Source of the DNA: Epiperipatus broadwayi | Lineage: Eukaryota > Animalia > Onychophora | Length of the DNA stretch: 64,000 bases | Assembly: GCA_028023455.1 (NCBI GenBank) | Contig: JAQFVV010000003.1 | Span: 13,516,001 to 13,580,000 of the forward strand | Direction: 5' to 3' | Part shown: in pieces, positions 40,701 through 53,036 of the stretch | Position numbering within the stretch: the first letter of the stretch is position 1 | Layout: each line of letters starts with the position of its first letter | Made by a program: the position numbers and the translations under genes | Notes under the pieces: model-generated | Database searches by the model: none | Told to the model about the DNA's origin: nothing | Seen by the model: only the letters and a program-made list of their open reading frames with translations

Positions 40701-42179
40701 TAAAGATGCAACACGAATCCTAAAAAAGATGAATATTTGAAAAGAGACAATAAAGATGCTGATAATGAGAAAAATGTGAAATCAAACTAAAACTAAAGGA
40801 TTGAAAAGAGAAAGCAAAACTTGCAAAAAAAAATTGGAGAGGACTAGCTAACTTTATAAGCAATCATAAATCAAATCAGAAAATAGATTGTTCTGAAAAT
40901 TGTAATTTGCCATAATCATATAAAGTGTGATATTCAAATTTGTACATGAAAACAATGCTGAAAACAATTATTATCTATTTCATCAGTGACATCGTAAAAC
41001 ATTTCTGAGAACAACATACTGATTTAGGAAAAATTTCCGGAGAAACCTTCGAATAAACTTTTATACAATTTTTGATTATACATACAGTATATTAAGTTCT
41101 CTATCTGAAAGCATGCTGGAGCAACTAAACAACAGACTAATATCCTTTTATACCACCGACCAGCATTGGAGGCAGTTTGCCATTTCTTTTCAGGATTTTA
41201 ATTGATTTTTAAAAATATTCCATCCTGAAAAAAAAAAAAAAAGACACTGAGAATGAACAATTGTTATCATTTTTTGAATTAGGATGCCTTTCTGCAAATA
41301 TTTTGTTCATAATTACACTTTCTATTGAAAATAATACCTATTGTTTCCACAATGTCCATAGACAGATTAGTTTTACTTTTATCAATTTACTTTTTTCTCT
41401 CATTTTTTAAATAAGATTCAGATTCTTTTGTTAAAAACTGGATATGTTTGTTTGTTAAGATTTCCTCTCAAAGGTAGATTGGAGTAACTAGATAACAGAG
41501 TACTACAAATATAAAACACCATTTGATCATTGTTAGTAATGCTGCAGTTTGCCATTCAAATAATTCAATTTGTGCTATAATCTTAATATTTAAAGATATA
41601 TGACTTAAAAACACATTGTACATTACCTTCTGTTTACAGACACATTTTTTATTAATAAATTAATGAAGCACATATTGAAACAGTAAGATTCGTATTCAAA
41701 TCTTAAGTTTCACCTTTTTCTGTCGTCTCTCACTGACCGGTCTATCCCGCCCAAATTTAAACTTGTTGATATCGAATTGTGTGTGTAACAATATTAAAAA
41801 TGTATAAATATATGTAGAATTCAGCATAAACACGCACACATTTCGATCTCAAATTAAACGCAATAAATAGGGATAAAATAATATAATTTAGATTTCTTTT
41901 AGTTATATAATTTTGTATAATTTTAATCATTTATTTTGGATTATAAAGTTCGTATTTATTGCTTTGTTTAAATTTCGTTTAATAATTCTAAAAATATCTG
42001 ATGTAATATTTAAGTAAAAGTTAAAATAATCTTATGTTCCCTTTTTGTTTTTGAAATTTAAAAGCATCGGTCAGTGATAGATAATAGATTAATTAAAGAA
42101 AAATTCCCCAAAATATAATTAGAAATGTAAAATGTAAACAATAGAACGGCAGCTTTCTTTAATTAAAAAAACCAACTAA

Positions 42180-42600
42180 ATGCATTGATTATCCTCAGGG
42201 CAGATTAAGTAGAACCTAAAAATATCTTAACAAAAATGTGAAAGATCAAGATAAAAAAAAAAGAGGCCATCTTAGACTTGCTGGAGACATTCACTAAAAC
42301 TTTAGCTTTGCTCTCGATCACTGAGAGTCTCCAAAAATATAAAATAATTTGTTCCTGCCAAGGTATGACCGAGTAAAGCACCTAGATTATTCTCCATCGG
42401 GAGATGGCCTATCGAATGCGAACTTTCCATTGCCCGTCATAAATTCACCATGAAGATCTGCTGCATGAAATGAATGAGAAAGCTGCTGCTGCCATGAAAT
42501 TAAATCAATATCTAAATACAAGAAAGAATTGCCACTCGTGAACTTTTTGCTGCTAAACTAATGGAATCAGAAAACTTCTTATAAAACAGGTACCTGTCTG
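42180..42600 (+). mobile_element. Possible highly diverged RTE RT fragment
   Basis: Frameshifted GDTFTKTL (QGDTxSPKLF-like), VKHLDY (HLRFADD-like) and LLHEMNEKAAAAMKLN (MLxELN...GLKIN-like). Confidence 0.35.
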
Positions 42601-42967
42601 TTCAATCTCTAGAGTACTCTAATAATATGCTATAGCTCTTCTTCATACTACTTATCTAAATTATAAAATGTAAAAACTACCCTTTGTATAACTAAACTGA
42701 ATAATTAATTTAATATGTTAATTTCTCTAATAATCTAGCTTACCTCACTCTGTCTTTCTTGGGTGCGTATTTCTATAATCTACATTTCTATCTATAGTTA
42801 TTATTTAATTATTGCATGCTCATAATTGTTTCAATTTTCAAAGTTTAAATCTATGATCGCTTAAAACAATGAATGCGTGTCAAATTTTCATTAATATTTA
42901 CTTTCTTTAATAACATAACTTTCATATAAATCGACACACATTCAATGCTTCATTTATTGTAATGCAG

Positions 42968-43396
42968 GGGTCTACAACTTCGCAAATGGCTGACGTATTA
43001 GTTATAATAATTCCCAATTTATATATGTTTTGTATTTATTAAATAATCAGTGAATAATTCCAGAAAATTACATTTCTTTGAGAGTCACCAACGTTCTTTA
43101 GTAAATGTTGATAATGTAGAGCCGAATTAGAAATCTATTTAAATCTCATCATAATCAATTATCATTATACATGTGTTACGTTTTAGAGACGCGATGACCC
43201 ATTCCGCCGTGAAATTTCCGGATTCTTCAGAGTTGAAATTAACCCCAGTCGTCCTACACAAGTGGGCATAATGGGTGCTCCCGTAGGATTTGACAATGTC
43301 ATGCAGCCAGCCGGCAAATTGCGCCACGTACCGCTTGTCCCTGGTTATGCTTATGTGACACCTTACTTCGTCGGACCGAGGCAGAGACCAGTCTGA
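42968..43396 (+). CDS. Candidate unidentified gene, three in-frame exons (42968-42994, 43064-43100, 43187-43396); start exon not fixed
   Basis: Canonical GT-AG introns of 69 and 86 bp keep one frame: GLQLRKWLTKLHFFESHQRSLRRDDPFRREISGFFRVEINPSRPTQVGIMGAPVGFDNVMQPAGKLRHVPLVPGYAYVTPYFVGPRQRPV*. GC- and CpG-rich. A competing minus-strand ORF exists. Confidence 0.4.
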
Positions 43397-44639
43397 TATT
43401 CTTATAAACCCATTCGCGGCATTGCAGTTTCGATATACTGCCATTCCATATCGCCTTTCTAAAGCGTACCACGTGTTCCTTTGCTCAATTCTATTATTCT
43501 ATATATCACTCCGCCTCTGCATTATCTTCGTAATTCACTCTCAAATAAATGTTTGCCCTTAGTTATAAATAAATATTTTAATTAAATAAATATATGTCTG
43601 CCATTACTCTTAAACCCATACTTTAGACTCTTGCATTGCAAAGGTATAAATTCCCCAAGGCATGCATTAGAAATACTTACTCGAGAATTTTAGGTAGCTA
43701 GATTACGCTTTCAAATAAATGTATTCCTTTTGTAAACATTACAGTATCGGAAATACCGCTACTGAAATCATCAATATAAATAATGTCTAAATAAATAAAT
43801 GTACTCTTTAAAATATAATCATGTCGCAAATTCCGCTACTGAAGCTTTCAATCCCTAAAATATTATTAGTCAATGTTTTATTAAAATGTATTAATAAATA
43901 ATTTCAAACTATATGTCTGCAGTTACGTTTCATTTATTCGATACCCATTCTATATAATATTTCCTCGATTATGTAAATATGAATGTTTAATTAATATTAG
44001 TTTGGTTATTGGCTAACTCGAGAAAATCATGAGTCTCTTGCATATCCCTGACCACCGTGCCCAAGGAAATATTTACTAATGTCGCATCAGATGCGTTGTT
44101 TCGTGGATTGTATTGTGGAACCGATAAACTATGTTCGAACTCAGTACCACGGGTGGCTTCGCTACTCGATGGTGCTGCTGTTCTGTACGGTGGTCGAATT
44201 CTGCACTATGTTTACGAGTCACACGTTTTCTGACCGTTACAATATTTATATCTTTATTATAGTATACACCATTCAAGTTAACAACTTGCATAAATGGCAT
44301 TAATATAAAATATTGTAAAGAGGATTATTGCTGTCAATGCAGATTTTAGTTGTAAATTAGAGAAATAATGAGAATAACCATAATATAAAATTGTTTTTAG
44401 AAACATATATTTATTATTTATTCTCCAGAATTATCTATTGTAAGCTTAAGTAATCAATGGACACTAGATGACAATTTCTGCTAAGACTTTTCACCATGAG
44501 GAATATCCATTAATTATTTGAGCATACATTTGATGGCTCATAGGTGAATATTTGCTACTAAATGCACATAGTAAATAAAACCAGAAAAAAACACCCATCC
44601 CCATGTATGAGGATTTTTGATAGTAATCATCAGTTTGTA

Positions 44640-46100
44640 TTCATTATTTTGATTAACGAGCAACCATTTTCTCTATATACATGTGCCTAAATAATAAAGA
44701 TTTACAAGAATGCAGTAATAATACTGATATTTAAGAAAGATGATAAAGAATATGTCTTTTATCAATTTTATTCATCTACAACAAACTTTGGATTTTAATC
44801 AATCAAAAGAACAAACTAGATTTAAAAAGAGATTTTAGCACAGTAAATCACATTCAAGTATTGAGAAAAGTGATAGAAAGATCCAATGAATATGATTTGC
44901 AGTTATGTTTTGGATTAATATAATATAAAAAGGCATTTGATTGCATAAACATTTCTATGGTGTTTCAAATATTGCATCAAGATGTAGAACCAGGATATTG
45001 TTATATTCTGAAAAATATTCATCTGACACTAAGAAGATTAGGATCGAGAAAATTATACATCGGGATGATCTAAAACATTCAAAGCAATTTTACAAAAAGT
45101 ATTTTGTAGATTAATATTGGAAGCTAAGTAAGTAAAATAAAAATAGAGATTATTTAAGTCGTCTAAATTTTGAAAAAAAATGTAGTTGTTTTTACAAATA
45201 ATGCTTCAGATTTTCAGGAAATGTTGCAAGAATTATCAGATGAAAGTAAAAAAGTAGGACTAAAGATAAATGCTAAAAAAATTAAATAATATGTAGTAAG
45301 GCTGTAACTTCAAAAATGTGCGTGTAAAAATGCGATAGTAGGGACCTCTACAGGTCTTAACCACAAGTTTACATTTTGGAAGACGTAAGCCTGTGGTTAA
45401 GACCTGTAGAGGTCCCTACTATCGCATTTTTACACGCACATTCTTGAGGTTACAGCCTTAGTAAATATTACTTACGTAATCAATGTGTATTTAAATAAAT
45501 TTATAATTAAAAAGATTAAAGTAATATTCAGTGAATTTTCTCAGAAGAAAATAAAGATAATCATGAATTAGAAATTAACAATCGCAAATACTTGGTCATA
45601 TTATTAAAACAAATAGAAACATAATAGATGAATCTAATTGTAGAATTAAATTTAGATAGTGATTTTTATAGAAATAACTTAATGTTAAAATAAAATATGC
45701 CTATATGAATAATAAAAAAAAGATTCTTCATAGATGTATTTTACTTGTTATTTATTAATCTGAGACTTGGACATTTAACAGAAGAACAACATACAAACTT
45801 CAGACTACTCAACGAAGTATAGAGAAATGCATATTAGGGAAAACAAGAAGGGACTGAAAATGAAATGAATGGATAGAATATAAACTAATATCACTGACAT
45901 CATTAAAAAAAATAAAGAGTCTGAAATAAAGCTGGAATGAACATATTGCTAGAAGAGATGATAATGGATATAGAACTGAAGTTTTAAATTGAATCTGAAG
46001 AGATTGCAAAAGACTTAGAAAAAGATCATATGTGAAATAAAAGTTTGCATTGTGAAAAAGAAAAGATAGACTTGGAGAATCTATCCTGCAGTGATTCAAT
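44640..46100 (+). mobile_element. Degenerate RTE LINE ORF2 (RT to 3' end)
   Basis: KNAVIILIFKKDDKE; NHIQVLRKVIERSNEYDLQLCF...KKAFDCIN; FQEMLQELSDESKKVGLKINAKK; EHIARRDDNG. Confidence 0.9.
45299..45458. mobile_element. 160-bp fold-back MITE inserted in the RTE
   Basis: AGGCTGTAAC...TTAACCACA (45299-45365) is near-perfectly inverted at 45392-45458. Flanks read TAGTA/TAGTA, so the TSD is TA or 5 bp. Confidence 0.9.
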
Positions 46101-46360
46101 AATAGTTGAAAATGAAAAATGATAGCAATCTTTTTTTTATATATATAAAAAGTCCATTTTTTTTTAAAAAATTGCAATGATTTTGTGTAACTATTAATAT
46201 CATAGAATATTTGAGAACATCATCAAAAAGCAATCACCTCAAAAAAAATAAAAAAAATACTCCCTAAGACTTACTCATTATGTAATTAAAATAGATATTA
46301 TTCAGGAATAAATTGTAAATATTACCAAAATCACACTTTTCTTTATTTTGCTGTAATATC

Positions 46361-46501
46361 CTATAAATACAATTTATCCAAACTACTTCAAACACTTTTT
46401 AGCAAAACACTTTATTTGTACGTAAGGTGTATGTATATATGTACTAATAAAAAGTTTTGCTAAAAAGAGTTCGAAGTGGTTTGGATAAATTGTATTTATA
46501 G
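46361..46501. repeat. Fold-back with ~60-bp arms
   Basis: CTATAAATACAATTTATCCAAACTACTTC...GTAC pairs with GTAC...GAAGTGGTTTGGATAAATTGTATTTATAG. Confidence 0.8.
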
Positions 46502-46865
46502 AATAAATTGTAATTATAGAAAATATAATGTATTTATATAATTCTGATCCAGTACTTTATAATGCAATCTGAAAGTAGGATTTCTGGCACATTGTAAGCA
46601 AAGACGTTTTTAAACAAACACATACAAAAAAAAATACAAATTTTATTTAGCACATAATTAAAAATTAATTTTCATTATATAAGTTGCATTAAAAAAAATT
46701 TAATCACCTTAAAAGAAATTTTTATTTATGTAATTCCTCATACTTTTCTCATGAAAAAATGTCCCTTATTGTAAAATGCAAACAGTATTGTTAAAAAAAT
46801 CACTTTATTAAAACTATAGCAATCAACTACAACTTTTACCATGGTTAGTGATGGATCACCATGAT

Positions 46866-47100
46866 AAATTTCCCAAAAAACTGCTTTTTTTAAAAAAAGC
46901 TCTAAATCATTTAGTTTATTATTTCATTCCAAATGATAATGAAGAAGATGTTGATGATTTTCTGACAGAATCCAAACAAAAAAGATTGAAAATATGGAAT
47001 GGTAATGGAACATTAAACCGTACTACTTGTTAAGTATATTTAATAAAAAAATATAATTTAGAGCTTTTTAAAAAAAAAAAAAAAAATGTTTGGGAAATTT
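46866..47100. mobile_element. Small MITE-like element with ~45-bp imperfect TIRs
   Basis: AAATTTCCCAAA...AAAAAGCTCTAAAT at the left end; ATTTAGAGCTTTTT...TTTGGGAAATTT at the right end. Confidence 0.55.
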
Positions 47101-47417
47101 AAATTAGATATAAATAGTAAAATTTTATTTATCCAATCAGGAGGAATTTGAAATAGATATTCATTTCAAGTTTATTTAAATGCTTAGCAATAGAATGAGT
47201 AATTGAAGGTTTAAACATTAGATTACATATTAGTGAAATAATATAGCCTAGCAAATATCATAATAAGTTATACTTTAATTTACTACAAGATATAGGCAAA
47301 CACATATTAGGTATAGAAAATTTTGTATGTGTTGAATATAAATATTCATTAATTTTAAGCTTTAAATAAAAATGCTTTTCATTTAAACAGTAGGTTTTTT
47401 TCATTCTATCATTCCCC

Positions 47418-48335
47418 TGTATTGTTTTTTATTTTATTTTTTATATCTCAATAGTATCTTGCTGAATATTGGGAAAATTCTTGAACTAAGACACAAAGTA
47501 GATTTTTGAAAAGAGAGGCTGTCTTATCTTTAAACCTACATTCTAATTATATAGGCCAATCTAAAGCATCTCAGTTTAAGAACATGATGTTGCTCTGTTT
47601 ACTTTTACTTCCATTATTTTCTTTCTGTGTATTAACTTTGCAAAATCTTTAGATTTTTTTATGTGTTAATACTTCAAAATATTAGAAATTATGCAACATT
47701 TGATTTTATTTGCTAATGCAGAGATGTGTAATTTAAACAGTAGAATTTTTATTCTAACACATATGCTATACTTATATATATATATATCTTAATGATATCT
47801 TGTTGAGTATTGAGGAAACTCTCAAACTAAGACACTAGATAGAGACTTTTGAAAAGAGTGGCTATCTTATCTTTAAACCTACTTTCTAATTATATAGGTG
47901 AATCTAAAGCATCTCAGTTTAAGAGTGAAGATTTTTCTCCTCTCACTTTACTTCCATTATTTTCTTTCTGCGTATTAACTCTCACAAAATCTTTAAATTT
48001 ACTATGTGTTAATACTCTGAAATATTTGAAATTATGTAATATTTGATTTTATTTGCTAACATAGAAAGAAAATAATGAAAGTGAGCAGAGAAACATCTTC
48101 ATGCTCTTAAATTGAGATGCTTTAGATTGGCCTATATAATTAAAAAGTAGGATGGCTGCTTTTATCTTTTCAAAAGTCCCTATCTTGTGTCTTAGTTTGA
48201 GTTTCCTCAATACTTAACAAAACCTAGTTGAGATATAAAAAAAATAAAACAGTACAGAGCATGTGTTAGTATAAAAAATCGTATTGTTTAAATGATATAC
48301 TATCTCTGCACTAGCAAATAAAATCAAACGTTAAA
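47418..48335. repeat. ~341-bp unit in tandem followed by an inverted, permuted copy
   Basis: AACTAAGACAC at 47484 and 47825; inverse GTGTCTTAGTT at 48187. ~48060-48258 inverts ~47418-47630; ~48259-48335 inverts ~47697-47767. Confidence 0.85.
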
Positions 48336-49340
48336 TAAAAATACTTTTAGTTTAATCAAGACCTAAATTTTATTTTATAAGTTTAATTCTTTATTAAGAT
48401 AAAAGAATTATTTAAATGAAGGTTTTAATTAATGAGGTCCAAGAAGAAAAAAAGTACAGAATATAAATCACTTGAAATCATGGATAAAAATTTGTATTCT
48501 ATTGTTATAAAAAATTATAAATATAAATTATTTGTATTCTATTGTTCTGTCATCAAAATTAATTATTCTGAAAATGATCTGTTATATTGATTTTATAATT
48601 AAGCTTTGTTGTATATTTTATTTCATTGTCTGCTTTTACAATAAGCCTGTATATGTAAATAATATTTTATCAAGCACAGACGGTATTGAAAATTCCCTGT
48701 GCTTAAGATCTGATTGGTTACTAATAGTCACAAGCGCTTGAGAAATTTGCACTCTCTCAATTTAATTTTCAATAAGCCTGTATTTAATTACAACATTAAA
48801 AATTCTTTAGAAAAAACTATAATGTAAAAGAAATTAGCTTATTTTTGTGTTCTCTTTTTCTTTCATCTGGTTCCTGCTGATTGTCAATAGAGGAACTATC
48901 TTTCCAACTAATGTGCAACAAACAAAAATCTTTCCTATGTACCAGGAAATTTTTCTATGCATTGTTAGTTTATACTTAAGAACTCCTTCCTAGGTGCATA
49001 GAATTGACTTATTGGAATGGGTCTGGTCCTTGCAGTAGCTAAATTAAATCAAACATATTGCAATTATTACAGCTATCAATGATGTACCTTTCAAATACAT
49101 AGAAAATTGATTATGACTCAGTATATAACTCAAAATATGTGAAAACCTGATCAAGACTAAATGTTAAAAAAAAACCAATCAAGGAAAATACAGAATCCTG
49201 TAACACCAACTTCAACTTGGAATTTTCAAACAAAAACAAAACAAAACATATAAATAAAATAAATATTTTATTACTGCTGAAGAACTTTGCTGACTGCTGC
49301 GTAAAGACTGAACCAAGTTAAACTATATAAAAGTCATTTT

Positions 49341-49725
49341 ATGTAAATAGATGAATTTAAACTCAGGATTTTTCAGTCTATTCATCCTCCACTTTATTTC
49401 AAGTAACTGATACATATGACTGCGCACATGCAAAAAAAAAAAAAATACTTGATCCTGACCATCAAAGTTGAAGAATTGCCATCTTAATATAAAGTGAGCA
49501 CTGATTGTATACATGTGTGGGAGATTATAATCTGGCCCAACCGATGAGTGCTGGTTCTGCACAAAATACATATAATGGGGATCATGTATTTTTTTTTTGC
49601 ATGTGTATTAGTCGCTTGAGATAAAGTGGAGGAGGAATAGACTGAAAAATCCTGTGTTCAAATCCCTCTATTTACATGTATAAAAAACATTCAGTATAAG
49701 CAATTACATATTGTCTTTATAGACA
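49341..49725 (+). mobile_element. Hammerhead-family element with inverted duplication of its tRNA-like 3' module
   Basis: Core CCGATGA-GTGC-TGGTTCT-GCAC-AAAA at 49541-49566 (perfect stem II, two core substitutions). 49341-49435 is the inverse of 49591-49677. Confidence 0.8.
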
Positions 49726-51345
49726 TTTCATGAACTTGATTTAAATTCTAAATAAACTTTCTTTTATCTATAGATATATATTTTACCATCAATCTTTTAG
49801 TTAAAATTTTTTATATTTTAGAATAGAAAATATCTTGTAAATTATAGTTAAAGATTTGAATTATATTATATTGTTATAATATTAGTTTAAGAATTTTTTT
49901 TAAAAAAAAAAGATATTTATGAGAGCTAAACTCACAACTAATTTTTTTCAAAAAATATTTAATCAGAATAAATAATTTGGTTTTCACAAATCCTCCTAAT
50001 AATTATTTAGGTTATTAAAAAATAATATTTATGTAAACCATATAAATATGAATCATAACAGATGTATTATTATTTCAAAATTAATGTCTCTGAATACTAT
50101 TAAATTTTAAAATACTTTAGTGGGACCAGTATTTAAATATTTGGTTTAAAAAAGAAAAAGGGGAAAATATGATTAAGAGATCTACTGGCAGCCTGTTGAA
50201 ACTAAGAGTAGAATGTGCTTTTATTTTCTTGATTTATTAATGTAGGTTTAACTTATTAATCAAAGGCTTTAAAACAAATTAATTAGTTTTTTTTATTTTA
50301 ACGAATACGTCACATAATCCTTTATATAGTACAAAAATGTCCATGTAATTGTATGTATTTAGTAAAGTATTTTTTTAAGATTGTACATACTTTATTTTAT
50401 AGAGATATTTTGATACCTGCCCACAATGGACCTATGATTCGCAAGCTTAGCCTTAGATTTTAAATAGAAGTAATTATGTGCACGATTATTATTTTTTGTT
50501 TATAATCCAAGTATGGTTCTATTATTAATTTATACTTGACTATATATATGTATGTGTGCATATGCAAAAAAACAACAACAACTGATTTATTAACTAAATA
50601 AGTGAGAATGATTCATTATTAAAACTTGGTCCATAATGGTATTCAGAAAGTGCATATATAAGTTACGGTTTAATGTTAGTATCCATTGACATAATTAATA
50701 AACAGATTAAATAAATTAAATTATCCAGGTTAACTATAGAAAACAACAAGTCAAAGTCATTTTATTAAATGTTCTAATAAAACCTAATGTATTTTTAATA
50801 AATTTTATTTTGCTAATTTAGTAGGTCTCTTTTATTAATTATTGCTATTTTACCATTTTATATTCTGGCTTCCCTGAATATTTTAAGGAGTCTCTAGATC
50901 TCCGTGATCTAATGGATATAAATAAATTACTAGTGATGATTGAAGGTTTTGTGGGAGCCTATGGTTAACATCATCACCTATATAACGGCTAAATGGATAA
51001 ACAAATAGTAAAAGTCAGTTTTGATGTAAGAAATTCTAGCTAGGAAATATATTGGTATTGGTGATGATATTGGCCATACTTGCAGAAACCCTTTTGTCCA
51101 TCACAGTATTTATTTGATTTCATTCAGTGTTCTTTCTATAGTCAGTGCTTTCATTTATGATATATCTAAACTAAATAAATCTTTCATTATTAGTGACTGA
51201 GTACAAAAGCAAAAAAAAAAAACAACTAGTGTCATTCAGTATAGTAAAGAATCAAAAAACCCTTTGATCACATATATAAACAAAGCATATTAATATTAAA
51301 TTTTAAAATGACTACATTAAGGATTAACATTCTTAAAATTTTTAT

Positions 51346-52650
51346 GGTATTGTTCTATTAGCCAGTGTTGGCCGCTAGATGGCATTATTTCTATGCAAAA
51401 ACAGAAATATGCCATTTTTGCAGCCATCATTGGCATTATTTCTATGCAAAAGCACAGAAAGATGCAATTTATGTGACCACCACTGGCCTGCTTTGGGTTA
51501 CACACTTTATCTGAATGCTCATACTTCAAAGTTCGCTACAGTATTGTGTAAAGGTGGCTGGACTTCAGCCTGCTACAACTTTTCAAATATGCATGACAAA
51601 GTAATTAACTTCAAACTTATCTGATGTACTATTACTTACTAATAATTTTAACAATGTTGCCACACTTCCCTACTCAAAGTGGAAGCTTCAAAAAATTTGA
51701 AAACAGTACTGCCAAGCAGGATTTTGATGGACTCATAAAAAACTCATTTGCATGAGAACACATGAGACAAATGAAATGGCTGACAGTTTCAAATTGTGAC
51801 AACTGCCATCCACAGAAGCCAGCATGGTAGCATTTCTCCAGCAGAACATACTCCTACATGCCAAGAGATGTGTGTGGTATGAATCGATAAGACTGGAGGC
51901 ATCCAAAACCATCTGGAATTTCATATATAGTGTTTTCTCTGAAAGAAAACCTGGTTTGACAGCTTCAAAACCTGTTCTTAAAAGGCTTACAGATTGTGTA
52001 CTTCTGGAGCTGCAATGAGCTGACCCTAGAGCACACCATCACCAATCAGGAGATTGTAGAGGTGCACTGGTCAAGTGGACTGACAGTCTGCAGGAGCTGT
52101 GCTGTGAGAGCCTGGCCTCCCACCCCTGCCATCAAATAGGCAGGCCAGGTTTGATAGTGGAGGTGAACGAGATGCTTTTCAGCTGGAAGAAAAGCCACCA
52201 GAACAGAATGCTTCCTCAGCAGTGGCTCTCAGAGGACTGTGCTGGGAGACTGTGAATGTTTAGCTGTCATGCAACAAAAAGCATCATGGAACAGCCAGGC
52301 AATCCCTGGACAACTACCTGTGTAAGTTCATGTGGCAACATCTTCACAACGGTGATGTATTCTGGGCCATCTTAGAAGAGATGAGTCTCAGTAGAAAATA
52401 TGACTGTTTTTTGATTCCCTGTGTTAAATTGATTGTTGTTGTTTGCAAGTTGATTTATCCACCCCATGTGGTTATTGAAAAGAAATATGACAAATGTTTC
52501 CAATCAATTTAGTATTTATTTCTTAATATAATTTTTTTGTTAAAAGGAAAAAAAAATTTTTTTATGACAGTGATCTGGTAATGTTATATTTGTGTTTTTG
52601 CATAGCAACAATGCCATCAAGCAACTGACACCGGCTAACAGAACAGTACC
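51346..52650 (+). mobile_element. Merlin (ISXO2-like) DNA transposon, defective
   Basis: ~65-bp TIR GGTATTGTTCTATTAGCCAGTG.../...CACCGGCTAACAGAACAGTACC; 8-bp TSD ATTTTTAT/AATTTTAT; decayed IGRPGLIVEVNEMLFSWKKSHQNRMLPQQW. Confidence 0.9.
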
Positions 52651-53036
52651 AATTTTATTGTGTTCATGGCAAAAAATATGTTAATCATAACTGTAAAATA
52701 TGCATCATAACTGTAAGTTATTTTGAGCACATTATGCAAATAATTAACATTATATGATTAAAGATTAATAAAATAAAATTTAAAAATATAATTAATTTAC
52801 TCAATTTTCCATCAATAATCTTTTAATTGATTGCTGACATTCAAGATAATGGCAGCTATTAAAAAATATTTTTTAACAACAACAAAAAAATAATTTATAT
52901 TTACTTATCAATTTTTATTTAATTTTATTGCATTTATATAAAATTAATACAATTAACTAACAAAGCTTTGTAAAAAAAAACAAACAGCAATGGTGTTGTT
53001 AATTACAAAAATAAAAAACTTTGATAATATGAAGTA

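Noticed and set aside
43290-43330. AGWLHDIVK as an HD-domain phosphohydrolase motif
   Set aside because: The other HD-domain His/Asp motifs are not evident and the coding strand is unresolved.
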